From contig CAWCAG010000009.1 of assembly GCA_963793425.1 (NCBI GenBank), positions 448,001-512,000 of the forward strand: a stretch of DNA of 64,000 nucleotides. The letters run 5' to 3'. This document shows, piece by piece, positions 32,500 to 41,951 of this stretch (position 1 is the stretch's first letter; every line of letters starts with the position of its first letter). The position numbers and the translations under genes are program-made. The DNA is from an uncultured cyanobacterium (GTDB taxonomy: Bacteria > Cyanobacteriota > Cyanobacteriia > Cyanobacteriales > CAWCAG01). The notes below the pieces were generated by a model. That model was not told where the DNA came from, searched no databases, and saw only the letters and a list, made by a program, of their open reading frames with translations.

Positions 32500-32706
32500 T
32501 TAAGCTAGCTTCAAAGAATTAACAGGAACTTCATCCCAAGATTCTACCGTTCTTAAACGAGCAATCCAACCGGCCGATTTTTGTTGTTGGGTAAGGTTTT
32601 CATCAAAAGACTGATGACAAGCTTGGGCTAATTCCTGATTGCAACTAGCAATGCAGCAATAAAGTAAACCGGAAGGATCTATTTGTTCATTTACCCAAAT
32701 GATCAT
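32500..32706 (-). CDS. Small conserved cyanobacterial hypothetical protein
   Basis: MIIWVNEQIDPSG...GWIARLRTVESWDEVPVNSLKL; sits 9 nt downstream of the GNAT gene on the same strand. Confidence 0.75.
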   Translation of the reverse strand: MIIWVNEQIDPSGLLYCCIASCNQELAQACHQSFDENLTQQQKSAGWIARLRTVESWDEVPVNSLKLA

Positions 32707-32715
32707 AAGTATTGC

Positions 32716-33216
32716 TTAATCTCCTAATTTATTAGTATTCGCCGCTAATTGAGGGAGTCCTTCCCTAGTAACCCGGCAAATTCTCCACTCTTCCATAATC
32801 GCAGCTCCTAAGCTTCTGTAAAAGGCGATCGCAGGTTGATTCCAATCTAAAACACTCCATTCTAAACGCCCTACATTCCTCTCCACTGCAAGTTTGGCGA
32901 CATAACTCAATAAGGCTTTACCAATACCTTGGCGGCGATAAGCAGGGAGAACAAAGATATCTTCTATATAAATACCTGGTTTTGTCAAAAAGGTTGAGTA
33001 GTTGGCAAAGAACAAAGCAAATCCAACCAGTTTCCCTTCCTCTTCAGCAACAATTGCTTCTGCATAAGGTTTTGCACCAAACAGATGCTCTTGGAGAGAT
33101 TCCGGAGTTCCTGTCACCAAATGGGAGAGTTTTTCGTAGGCGGCTAAAGCTTCAATTAAGCTAAAGAGAGTAGGAATATCTGCGGGAGTTGCCAGCCGAA
33201 TAAGCTTATCTGTCAT
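32716..33216 (-). CDS. GNAT acetyltransferase, diamine/spermidine acetyltransferase-like
   Basis: NYSTFL.KPGIYIEDIFV.P.YRRQGIG, RLEWSVLDWNQPAI.FY. Confidence 0.88.
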   Translation of the reverse strand: MTDKLIRLATPADIPTLFSLIEALAAYEKLSHLVTGTPESLQEHLFGAKPYAEAIVAEEEGKLVGFALFFANYSTFLTKPGIYIEDIFVLPAYRRQGIGKALLSYVAKLAVERNVGRLEWSVLDWNQPAIAFYRSLGAAIMEEWRICRVTREGLPQLAANTNKLGD

Positions 33217-33256
33217 TGAGATAGTAGTGGCGTGATACGCCTAAAATATTGCAATA

Positions 33257-33316
33257 GTAGGGGCGGGTTTGGAGTCAAATTGTGAGATCAATATTAAACT
33301 AAATAAACCCGCCCTA
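33257..33316. repeat. REP-like palindrome GTAGGGGCGGGTTT...AAACCCGCCC
   Basis: 10-bp inverted arms preceded by GTAG; second copy at 3911-3970. Confidence 0.72.
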
Positions 33317-33392
33317 ACACACAATTTTAGCTGGGTTAGGCTAATAGTTTTTAATAAAATAAAGATTGATTTTAAAATTTTAACTACAAACT

Positions 33393-34202
33393 ATGTCGGA
33401 TTACCAACAACAAGTAATCAATTTTTTTAACAGAAGAAGTGCTTACGATGCAGAAGGGGATAAACATCCCAGAGAAGCCAAACTTTTGCTAGAATCAGTT
33501 CCTATTCTATCTGGACAAAAAATCCTTGATCTTGCCACTGGAACTGGCTTAGTAGCTATATCTGCCGCGAAAAAAGTTGCTGAAAAAGGTTCAGTAATTG
33601 GTGTTGATATGTCATCGGGTATGTTGGCTCAAGCTCAAAGCAAGATCGCCGCTGAGGGATTGAATAATATCGAATTGATTGAAGCGGACGTAGAGTCAAT
33701 TAATTTTGCAACAGAACAGTTTGATATTATCTTTTGCTGTTCTGCAATCACTTACTTTAGAGATATTCCGGCAATTCTTAATCAATGTTATCGCTGGCTC
33801 AAAACAGAAGGTTATTTGGCTTTCACTTGTCCTTATAAAACCTCTTATATGGCGCAAATAAAAGTCAGAATCTGCCAGGATTTATGGGGAATTGATTTAC
33901 CGCATATCAATAAACCTCTTTGGACTCCTGAACAATGCCGTTTTCTCTTACAAAAGTCTGGTTTTAAGGATATTGTAATTGAGCTTGAGCGCTCTGGGAA
34001 ATATGTCAATAACGATTATGTCTCTGCCTGGGATGGGCAAGATTTTTATCCGAGAGGCAATCCTTTATTAAATTTATCTTCACAACAAAGAGAGCTACTA
34101 CAGGCTGAGTATAAAAGCGCGATCGCAGAGTTAGTCACTGAACAAGGTGTTTGGCAAGATTCAAGTACTTTGTATGTTAAAGCCCGCAAGGGAAGTATTT
34201 AA
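33393..34202 (+). CDS. Class I SAM-dependent methyltransferase (UbiE-like)
   Basis: ILDLATGTG, GVDMSSGML, FDIIFC. Confidence 0.88.
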   Translation: MSDYQQQVINFFNRRSAYDAEGDKHPREAKLLLESVPILSGQKILDLATGTGLVAISAAKKVAEKGSVIGVDMSSGMLAQAQSKIAAEGLNNIELIEADVESINFATEQFDIIFCCSAITYFRDIPAILNQCYRWLKTEGYLAFTCPYKTSYMAQIKVRICQDLWGIDLPHINKPLWTPEQCRFLLQKSGFKDIVIELERSGKYVNNDYVSAWDGQDFYPRGNPLLNLSSQQRELLQAEYKSAIAELVTEQGVWQDSSTLYVKARKGSI

Positions 34203-34213
34203 TTAACAAGGAT

Positions 34214-34666
34214 TTATTTTTGAGAAATAGATTTAACTTCATGGAGTAAATTCTGCAGCAAGCATTTTGGATCATAGAGAATTCGACATCCATTATTAAC
34301 AACACGAAATGTCCCTATTTCTAAAGGGTTAATAGATGCCCAGGAAAGAAAGCCAAAACTAAACTCAATTTCTGTCTGATTTGTAAAGTAAATATGGCGT
34401 GACCAAACTACACCATAATTAATATCTTCCCAAGCTTTAATAGTTAAATCAAGATATTGCCAATCAATTTCCTTAATCCAGGTTTGGCTATTTTTAAATA
34501 TTAAAGGGTCTGGGGTCAAAAACATAAGGTCAATATCTGAATCAAACCTAAAATCCCCCTTGGCATAAGAACCAACTAATGCTAAAGCAATAATATTTAC
34601 ATCCATAGAAGCCCACTGAGTTACTTGTGCTAGTATCGGCTCTATTTTTTGCTGAAGAGATTGCAT
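34214..34666 (-). CDS. Nucleotidyltransferase domain protein (aminoglycoside adenylyltransferase-like)
   Basis: GSYAKG...DSDIDL (GS...DxD) and ILYDP. Confidence 0.8.
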   Translation of the reverse strand: MQSLQQKIEPILAQVTQWASMDVNIIALALVGSYAKGDFRFDSDIDLMFLTPDPLIFKNSQTWIKEIDWQYLDLTIKAWEDINYGVVWSRHIYFTNQTEIEFSFGFLSWASINPLEIGTFRVVNNGCRILYDPKCLLQNLLHEVKSISQK

Positions 34667-34701
34667 TACTTATACCATAATTGGATGGGTAATCAGCCAT
34701 G

Positions 34702-34754
34702 AAAAAAGCCCTAGAGTTAAAAAACTCCAGAGCTTAACCAGGGTGCATCTACCA
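34702..34754 (-). ncRNA. NsiR1-like small RNA with intrinsic terminator
   Basis: Minus strand reads GGTAGATGCACCCTGGTTAA, then a hairpin GCTCTGGAGTT/AACTCTAGGGC and T6. The 5' core matches the recalled NsiR1 motif. Confidence 0.65.
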
Positions 34755-34760
34755 CTTCTT

Positions 34761-34790
34761 TATTACTTCCCTTTAAGCCTCATATCCGGA
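34761..34790 (-). promoter_or_regulatory. DIF1-type promoter TCCGGA-N18-GTAATA for the sRNA
   Basis: TCCGGA at 34785-34790, exactly 18 nt, then GTAATA (34766-34761); centred about 35 nt upstream of the sRNA core. Confidence 0.62.
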
Positions 34791-34878
34791 ACACTTTGCC
34801 TAAATTCGAGAAAATTGCCTTTTACTCTGTCTACCACTAAATGTTAAATATTAAATGTTAAACCTTAAATAATATTCC

Positions 34879-35676
34879 ATGGCCTCATCATCTTCTTTAC
34901 TCCCAGCAGTTTATATTATTGGTGCTGGTCCTGGCGATCCTGATTTATTAACTGTTAAAGCCCTAAAAATTTTGCAGCAGGCAGATATAATCTTAGTTGC
35001 GGATTCTTTGGTTCCCAAACAGATTTGGCAAGGTGTACGTCCTGATGTGGAGTTGGTACGTACTGGAAATAAAACCTTAGAAGAAATTTTACCTTTGATG
35101 ATTGAGGGAGTAAGAGCTAATCGTGTTGTGGTACGCTTGCACTCTGGGGATCTCAGTCTCTACAGTGCCATTCACGAACAAATGAATGCTTTAACAGAAG
35201 CAGGAATTCCTTTTGAATTAGTCCCAGGAATCAGCGCTTTTCAAGCCGCCGCAGCAAAACTACAAACGGAATTAACAGTACCGGACTTAGTACAGACAAT
35301 TATTTTAACCCGCATTAGTGGCCGTGCTTCTGCTGTACCAGAGTCAGAAGATTTAGCTTCTTTAGCAGCCCACAAAGGGAGTCTTTGCCTTTATCTGGCT
35401 GCCCGTCATGTCGAAGCGGCAGAAGAAAAGTTACTCCAGCATTATCCCCCAGATACCCCCGTAGCTATCTGTTTTCGTATAGGTTGGCCAGATGAAAAGA
35501 TATTTTTAGTTACTCTTGAGGAAATGGCTAAAGTTACTCAAGAAAAACAGTTAATTCGGACTACTCTTTATCTCATTAGTCCTGCTTTAAAAACAGATCA
35601 AAAAGTGCGATCCCAGCTTTATCATCCAGAACATTCTCATCTATTTCGTTCCCCTCAAGGGAGCGATATAGTATGA
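34879..35676 (+). CDS. cobM: Precorrin-4 C11-methyltransferase
   Basis: IGAGPGDPDLLTVK, RLHSGD.SLYSAIHEQ, ELTVP.LVQTIILTR. Confidence 0.94.
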   Translation: MASSSSLLPAVYIIGAGPGDPDLLTVKALKILQQADIILVADSLVPKQIWQGVRPDVELVRTGNKTLEEILPLMIEGVRANRVVVRLHSGDLSLYSAIHEQMNALTEAGIPFELVPGISAFQAAAAKLQTELTVPDLVQTIILTRISGRASAVPESEDLASLAAHKGSLCLYLAARHVEAAEEKLLQHYPPDTPVAICFRIGWPDEKIFLVTLEEMAKVTQEKQLIRTTLYLISPALKTDQKVRSQLYHPEHSHLFRSPQGSDIV

Positions 35677-36149
35677 CTAAGATTTTAAGTTTAGCTCTAA
35701 TCCTACTTTGCAGTGGATGTTCAACAACTAATGAGTCAAAAAAACCTCAACCTGTTTTAGCGAAAAACAACTCTGCCCAAGTTTTGGCAGTTGAAGCTAC
35801 AGGAGAAGCTAATAATTACACCTTTGCTGTTACAGTTAGTAGCCCCGATAGTGGATGCGATCGCTATGCTGACTGGTGGGAAGTAATTACCCCCGATGAA
35901 AAACTATTGTATCGCCGAGTTTTGTTACACTCTCATGTAGAAGAACAACCATTCACACGCACAGGAGGTACTGTAGCAATTCAACCCCAACAAGAGGTAA
36001 TTGTCCGAGTCCATATGTCCCCCGATGGTTATAGTGCAAATGCTCAAAAAGGAACAGTTAAAGATGGATTTTCTGAGGTAACTTTACCCACAGATTTTGC
36101 CAATTCTCTGGCGAATCTCGAACCATTACCAAGCAATTGTACTTTTTGA
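35673..36149 (+). CDS. Conserved hypothetical lipoprotein
   Basis: Lipobox-like CSGC; SPDSGCDRYADWWEV...YRRVLLHSHVEEQPFTR. Confidence 0.75.
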   Translation: MTKILSLALILLCSGCSTTNESKKPQPVLAKNNSAQVLAVEATGEANNYTFAVTVSSPDSGCDRYADWWEVITPDEKLLYRRVLLHSHVEEQPFTRTGGTVAIQPQQEVIVRVHMSPDGYSANAQKGTVKDGFSEVTLPTDFANSLANLEPLPSNCTF

Positions 36150-36156
36150 AATATGC

Positions 36157-37098
36157 TTAACGTTCAATGACATCTTTTGCAAAAGTACGTTCGCTTAAAA
36201 CCCCTAAACCAGCCCCTGCTAATTCTGCCAAAATACTTACCATCCGAAATATTGCTACCACAGTTAAAATTAAACCGGCGGAGACTTGATTGCTGAGCAG
36301 AGCAATAATTGTTGCTTCAAAAATCCCTAAACCCCCTGGCGCACCAGGTACAACTAGCCCCAATAGCCAAGCAAAACTAAAGGCACTCAGGAGTTGTGGT
36401 ACTTGAGAAAGGGTGATGGGAAAAAGAACTAGCAAAGTCAACAGAAAACCGCTACCACGCCAAAGCAGAAAACCTACTTCTCCTAATAAAGGCAAAAGAG
36501 GATAGCCCTCCAGTTTCACTTCACCAGTTTCTGTGACCTTTTTTGAGCGGTTCAAAAACTTAATTACTGGGTTGAGAAACCGGGGGTGAATGCCGCATAA
36601 AACCACTATTAAACCGCCAATTTGTAGGGCAAGGATGGCGGGATTTGGGGCTGTGGAAATGAAGCCCAAGCTCCCACTAAGGAGGGCAATGAGTAAGGCG
36701 GCTGCCGCCATTAAAAGGGGTTCTAAGAGGACACTAAGACTTGCTACCCCCACAGAGCCTCCTGCTTCGGTAATAGCGGAAATACGCCCTGCATAATGCC
36801 AAACGTTGCCTGGTAAATATTTAGCAATATTGGTTTTGAGGTAAACTTCCAAAGCCCAACGTTGAGACACAGGTTGCTTAAAAGCTTTGAGAATCCAAGT
36901 CCATACCCAACCTGACCAAATATGAGCCATTAAGGTAACTACTAAGGCGATTCCGAGAATAGCCCAGCCATGGCCATCAATACGGACTTTTGCTACTTCT
37001 TGCCAACGATCCTTCAAGGTTTGGAGTAAGAAAAATAATGTCCCTCCTAAAATGAACCAGCGCAAGTAGGGCTTGATAGCTGACCAAATTTGTTTCAT
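36157..37098 (-). CDS. UPF0104 / lysylphosphatidylglycerol synthase TM-domain protein
   Basis: AKYLPGNVW and VPGAPGGLGIFE; multiple TM helices. Confidence 0.85.
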   Translation of the reverse strand: MKQIWSAIKPYLRWFILGGTLFFLLQTLKDRWQEVAKVRIDGHGWAILGIALVVTLMAHIWSGWVWTWILKAFKQPVSQRWALEVYLKTNIAKYLPGNVWHYAGRISAITEAGGSVGVASLSVLLEPLLMAAAALLIALLSGSLGFISTAPNPAILALQIGGLIVVLCGIHPRFLNPVIKFLNRSKKVTETGEVKLEGYPLLPLLGEVGFLLWRGSGFLLTLLVLFPITLSQVPQLLSAFSFAWLLGLVVPGAPGGLGIFEATIIALLSNQVSAGLILTVVAIFRMVSILAELAGAGLGVLSERTFAKDVIER

Positions 37099-37307
37099 AT
37101 TTTGTAGTAAGTCTCTTAGTTGCCTTTATAGTTTTATTTGCCGAACAACAGCCATCTATCTAAGTGGAGAGGTTATGCTTTCGTTGTTCCTTTTGGGAAA
37201 CAGAGGGGTAATCTATTCACGTTAATCAAGTTGAATGATCCAATAGAATTTAGCAGACTTTGACAATCAGTCTGTAATATCTTTAGGCAGCCTTAAGCAA
37301 AAAAAAA

Positions 37308-37517
37308 TTGATGAACGAAAGCCAAGTACAAAGTGTAAGTTTAGAGTATACCTGTCCACGTTTCTCCCTTATTCTTCCTACTTATAACGAAGAGAAAGGC
37401 ATTTTACCAACCCTAGATCATCTTCAGAATAGTCTGAAAGATTCTGGCTACGAGTATGAGATTATTGCTGTTAATGATGGTTCTGTAGACGGTACAGCAG
37501 AGTTGTTCTCACCCTAG
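37308..37517 (+). pseudogene. Glycosyltransferase family 2, N-terminal fragment
   Basis: [11 protein letters not shown]...[16 protein letters not shown], then ends at the tandem repeat (ccc[t/c]agct)n at about 37512-37546. Confidence 0.8.
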
Positions 37518-37545
37518 CTCCCTAGCTCCCCAGCTCCCCAGCTCC

Positions 37546-38016
37546 CTATTTTTTATATTTATGATGGGTAGTTTCTTGGAAAATAGTAATTAAAATTAGA
37601 ATCCAGCCCAGATTAATTAAGACATCAGCTACATTAAAAACGGCAAATTGAATTAATCTAAAATCGAAAAAATCTACAACGTATCCCGCTAAAAATCTAT
37701 CTATACCGTTACCAGCGGCTCCTGCTAAAATACAACCATAACCTAATTGTTCAGTTAACCTTAACTTAGTATTTAATCCTAATAAAACTAAGCCAATACT
37801 AACCAATAAAGAAAGCCAACGTAACCAGCCTCCATCCTCACTAAATAAGCTGAAAGCAGCCCCAGTATTAGTGACATAGGTGAAATGGAATATCCCTGGT
37901 AAGAAAGGAATTGTGTCGCCAATTTCAGAGAAATTCTGTACTACTATATACTTAGTTAGTTGATCTAAAATCAAGCCAGCAATAGCAGTCATCCAGAAAT
38001 AAGGATTTTTGAGCAT
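37546..38016 (-). CDS. lspA: Signal peptidase II
   Basis: LDQLTK, NTGAAFSL, GAAGNGIDR, VVDF, VFNVAD. Confidence 0.96.
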   Translation of the reverse strand: MLKNPYFWMTAIAGLILDQLTKYIVVQNFSEIGDTIPFLPGIFHFTYVTNTGAAFSLFSEDGGWLRWLSLLVSIGLVLLGLNTKLRLTEQLGYGCILAGAAGNGIDRFLAGYVVDFFDFRLIQFAVFNVADVLINLGWILILITIFQETTHHKYKK

Positions 38017-38041
38017 TTAGTACAAAAATAATCTATATAAC

Positions 38042-38671
38042 TCAATAAAACATAATTTTGCGTAGAACAAAAGCAATGACAGTTACAGCGCAAACGACAA
38101 CTATATGTCCTGGCACAAGGTTAATTGAGTAACTCATGATAGCATCCCAAAGCATAATACTTCCGCTTTCAATAGGACGAATAAAGTAAGAAACTATCAA
38201 ATAAGTTAAGCCAGAAATATGAATAGTGAGTAAACCACACAGGCAGCTAAAAGAAAGAGATTCTAACTTTGGTTTGGCTTGGAAAGCAAAAAAACCGCAT
38301 AACCAAGCACCAGGTATAAAGCCAAGTAAGTAACCAAAACTCGGTGATTGAATATACTTTAACCCGCCCCCACCAGTAAAAACCGGTAAGCCAGCTAAAC
38401 CTAAAAATATGTAAGCAATTTGAGAAAGCGCCCCAGCATTTTTCCCTCCCAAACACCCTACTAACAATACAGCCCCCATCTGCAAACTAACATTGAGGGA
38501 ATGAACTGTGATACCTTGGTTTTGCCACTGCCAAGGCATATTAGTAAAAAAAGCTTCAACTAATGTCCCACCGATGGTTAATAATAAACCAATTAAAGCC
38601 CATAGTAATTCGTTGGTTGCAGACACAGTAGGAGTATTGTTTTCTCGGAGGTTGGAGAGACGGTGATTCAC
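38042..38671 (-). CDS. bioY: Biotin transporter BioY
   Basis: SQIAYIFLGLAGLPVF.GGGG..Y...PSFGYLLGF. Confidence 0.9.
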   Translation of the reverse strand: MNHRLSNLRENNTPTVSATNELLWALIGLLLTIGGTLVEAFFTNMPWQWQNQGITVHSLNVSLQMGAVLLVGCLGGKNAGALSQIAYIFLGLAGLPVFTGGGGLKYIQSPSFGYLLGFIPGAWLCGFFAFQAKPKLESLSFSCLCGLLTIHISGLTYLIVSYFIRPIESGSIMLWDAIMSYSINLVPGHIVVVCAVTVIAFVLRKIMFY

Positions 38672-38767
38672 TTCCGATTTTCAATTTTATCTATAGAGCA
38701 GGTAAGGCTATAAGCATAGCACTTAAGAGTCGCTATTGTTTAGGTAGGAGGTCGTTACAGTAAATTT

Positions 38768-39124
38768 CTAAGGTTTTTTGGTGACGAACTCTTGCCAACG
38801 GATAATTAAACCAGATTCAAAGTCGATTTTGATGGTGTTATGGTTGCTCTTAGGTTCGCCTGTTACTTGGCTTTCTGCCCAGAACCACTTTACTATAGCG
38901 CGATCGCCTTCTATAACAATTTCCTCCATCGTAATTTCTATACTTCCACAGCTAAGCAGATAAGTTGCTGTAATTTCCCTAACAGCAGCTTTGCCAATGA
39001 TCGGTTGTTGAGAAATGATTATTTCTCCCTCTTCAGCAAATAAAGCAGTAAAAGCTTCTGCATCCTTTTTTTGGCAAGCATCGACAGCTTTTTGAATAAC
39101 AGAATGAATTTCTTTTGGTGTCAT
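38768..39124 (-). CDS. NTF2/SnoaL-like domain protein
   Basis: DAEAFTALFAEEG...GKAAVRE...IEGDRAIVKW...II RWQEF. Confidence 0.8.
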   Translation of the reverse strand: MTPKEIHSVIQKAVDACQKKDAEAFTALFAEEGEIIISQQPIIGKAAVREITATYLLSCGSIEITMEEIVIEGDRAIVKWFWAESQVTGEPKSNHNTIKIDFESGLIIRWQEFVTKKP

Positions 39125-39166
39125 ACTTAATTAGATTTTTTATTATATGCTTGCTATTAAAAGCGA

Positions 39167-39602
39167 TTATTTAGTATTAAATAAGTTGTTGAGCCAGTTT
39201 AGAAAAATACTTGCGATCGCACTATGATCAGATAAAACTTTAGCAGTAATAGCTTGTCCCATGGGCATACCTGGCTTTTCCTGCCAAGCTAGCCAAGTAT
39301 GAATAAAAGCTTTTTGCCGATGGGTTAAAGAATAAAAATTAATCTTTTCTGTTTCTATTTCTGTTAATATCGCCTCTACTTTCTCTCTTAATTCATCTTC
39401 TGAAGGGATCAGATAAGCAACAAAAATAGTATTTCCTTTCTTTCTAATTAACTTGACCCCACCAAGATTTACCGTATACTTATCCGAAAGAGGAAGCTTT
39501 TCTATTGTTGTTATTACCAACAAAAAGATTAACTCTCTCCAACCCATCTATATGAAAATCTTCAAAGCAGCGATAGTTTTGAATTGTGAGATCGCGTAAC
39601 AT
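39167..39602 (-). pseudogene. Collapsed AAA-family ATPase plus DUF3226-like gene pair
   Basis: ATG at 39602 gives MLRDLTIQNYRCFEDFHIDGLERVNLFVGNNN (ATPase start, broken at Walker A). The 3' part reads HRQKAFIHTWLAWQEKPGMPMGQAI...FLNWLNNLF (DUF3226 C-terminus). Confidence 0.72.
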
Positions 39603-39930
39603 AATTGCCTCTACACTTAATGCGCTATATTTTGATTATTTTAAATTTCGGGTAAATTTTCTAATCACCATATTAGCTTGAAAAGAAAGCACTAGAAAGT
39701 ACAACAATAGCTCTCTATTTTAAATTAATCTAAGTTTTGCGCTCGCATCTCTTTCTACGAATATTTTGAAAGTACTGCAATATTTGTAGCTGAGAATTAC
39801 TGAAGAGCAAGAATACTTTTGAAAAACGGTTTCTAAGCGCGCACCTTTTCCACCATATACATAATATCATGGCAAGGAATAAAAATGCAAGGCTTTAGAT
39901 CATTTATTTCTAGCAATTAGCCATTAGTAA

Positions 39931-41847
39931 CTAAAAAGAATTCAACTCAACAATATCCAACATTGTAAACTGTCTTTCTTGCTCCAACTTCCTAATCTTT
40001 TGCTCTGCTAAGCGAAACTCTTGAAAATAATATTGAGAACTTTCTGGAGAAATGGCAATGTTTTTTTGCCATTGTTCTAAACAATAACGTTTATGCTTTT
40101 CATAGGTCACTTGTTCTAGGGAAGTAATCGCCACCTTAATTAATAAAGGAGCGCGAGGAATGTCCCTGTTTTGCGTTTCGCTCAAGTTAAATAAATGATT
40201 GATCTGAGCTATTTCTTCAGGATATTCAACCACCAAATCCTGTAACTTAGAAATCAACTGTTCTTGATCATAGATTTCAATAACTTTTTGCCATAGAAAA
40301 CGGTGGTGAGAAAAGCTAAATAATAGCTCTTTTTCTTCCATTATTTGCCTTATTTCTTGACGGTATTCAGGGACATGGAGATAAAGGCGTAATAACAAAG
40401 ATTCAGCTTGTTTGAGCAGTTCAGATCCAGGATTGTCCGGCAAATAAACCGGAATAGCTGTTTCGGTTTTAATTCCTACTGATGGTTGGCGAGGCTTCTT
40501 TAATTTGCCCAGGAAATTCTTAGTATAAAAAGAGCTTAGTTGAGAATCTCCGGGAGCGAGAATTTGCCCACATTTAACCACGTAATGGGTCTGCTTATTC
40601 GCATCTTGAATACGGCTTAATAATGTGAGCATTTCTTGGGCAATTTGCTCGAATTGATCTGCTTGTTTCAGGTCTTTTTCAGCAACAATTTGTTCAAGCT
40701 GCCAATCAATCCAGAGAGGGGCATTAGCTAATGCCTCTTGATAAATTTGAGTGGCTTGGGGGCCAGATTTAAGAAATTCGTCTGCATCCTTACCATCAGG
40801 AAGATTAAGAATTTTCAACTGTACTTGTCCTGAATAAATCAGGGGTTCAATTTCTTTAATTGCTCGTTGGGTTGCGGTATTGCCTGCTTCATCAGCATCA
40901 AAATTAAAAATAACTTGCTTTGATTCTGTATAACGTAAAAGACTTTTAACTTGCTCTGGCCTTAACGCTGTCCCCATAGAAGCAACAGTATTATTTATAC
41001 CAACACGATGAAGGGCGATCGCATCAAAATAACCCTCCACCACAACAGCTTTATCTTCTTTACCAATAGCTTGCCGCGCCTTATCGAGGGCAAACAAAGT
41101 CTTCCCCTTATCAAAAAGTGGCGTTTCTGGGGAATTAAGATACTTCGGTTGTTCATCGGTTAAAGTTCTACTACCAAAACCAATAATTCTGCCTTGGGAA
41201 TCATTAATAGGAATCATCAAGCGATTCCGAAAACGATCATAATAACCACTACCCTTTTGACGCTGCTGAATTAAGCCTGCTTGTTGCAACAACTCCACAG
41301 AATAGCGTTTCACCTCCACCAAATAACGATAAAGGGTTTCCCAGCCTGGTGGGGCGTAACCAAGCTGAAATTTCTGAATTGTCTCCTCATTTAACTGACG
41401 TTCCGACTTAAGATAATTAAGAGCAACCTCTCCTTGGGTTTGACGTAAAGCGTGTTGATAAAAATTCGCCGTCAAAGCCAAAATCTCATAAAGTTGTTCC
41501 CGTAAAGAAAGTTGGCGCTGTAACTCCTGTCTTTGTTCTGGTTCGAGGGTTTTCACCGCAACTTGATAGCGCCGTGCCAAATTCAGCACCACCTCAGAAA
41601 AAGACTGCTGACCAACTTCCATTAAGAAATTAACCGCAGTTCCCCCTTTACCACAACCAAAGCAATAATACAACTGCTTAGCTGGGCTAACACTAAAACT
41701 AGGGCTTTTCTCCTCATGAAAAGGGCAAAGTCCTTGAAAATCTTTACCTCGCTTCCGCAGAACAACGTGTTCTGAGACAACCTCAACAAGATCAGCCCTT
41801 TGCTTAACTTCCTCAACAGTATCTGGATGGAGGCGAGGGACTTCCAT
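39931..41847 (-). CDS. dnaG: DNA primase
   Basis: CHC2 zinc finger CPFHEEKSPSF...CFGC, KYLNSPET, VVEGYFD, FDAD.AG, KDADE. Confidence 0.97.
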   Translation of the reverse strand: MEVPRLHPDTVEEVKQRADLVEVVSEHVVLRKRGKDFQGLCPFHEEKSPSFSVSPAKQLYYCFGCGKGGTAVNFLMEVGQQSFSEVVLNLARRYQVAVKTLEPEQRQELQRQLSLREQLYEILALTANFYQHALRQTQGEVALNYLKSERQLNEETIQKFQLGYAPPGWETLYRYLVEVKRYSVELLQQAGLIQQRQKGSGYYDRFRNRLMIPINDSQGRIIGFGSRTLTDEQPKYLNSPETPLFDKGKTLFALDKARQAIGKEDKAVVVEGYFDAIALHRVGINNTVASMGTALRPEQVKSLLRYTESKQVIFNFDADEAGNTATQRAIKEIEPLIYSGQVQLKILNLPDGKDADEFLKSGPQATQIYQEALANAPLWIDWQLEQIVAEKDLKQADQFEQIAQEMLTLLSRIQDANKQTHYVVKCGQILAPGDSQLSSFYTKNFLGKLKKPRQPSVGIKTETAIPVYLPDNPGSELLKQAESLLLRLYLHVPEYRQEIRQIMEEKELLFSFSHHRFLWQKVIEIYDQEQLISKLQDLVVEYPEEIAQINHLFNLSETQNRDIPRAPLLIKVAITSLEQVTYEKHKRYCLEQWQKNIAISPESSQYYFQEFRLAEQKIRKLEQERQFTMLDIVELNSF

Positions 41848-41951
41848 AACGAAAATATACCAACCAATAACTTAACTATGTATTATGGCATTGTTGAGCT
41901 AAGTCCTCTATTTGATAATTTTAGTGAATTAAGATTGGATATTTAAAGCAT

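Noticed and set aside
34791..34878. Cobalamin riboswitch upstream of cobM
   Set aside because: No B12-box or GGGAA...GCCACTG pattern; the nearby structure is better explained by the minus-strand sRNA.
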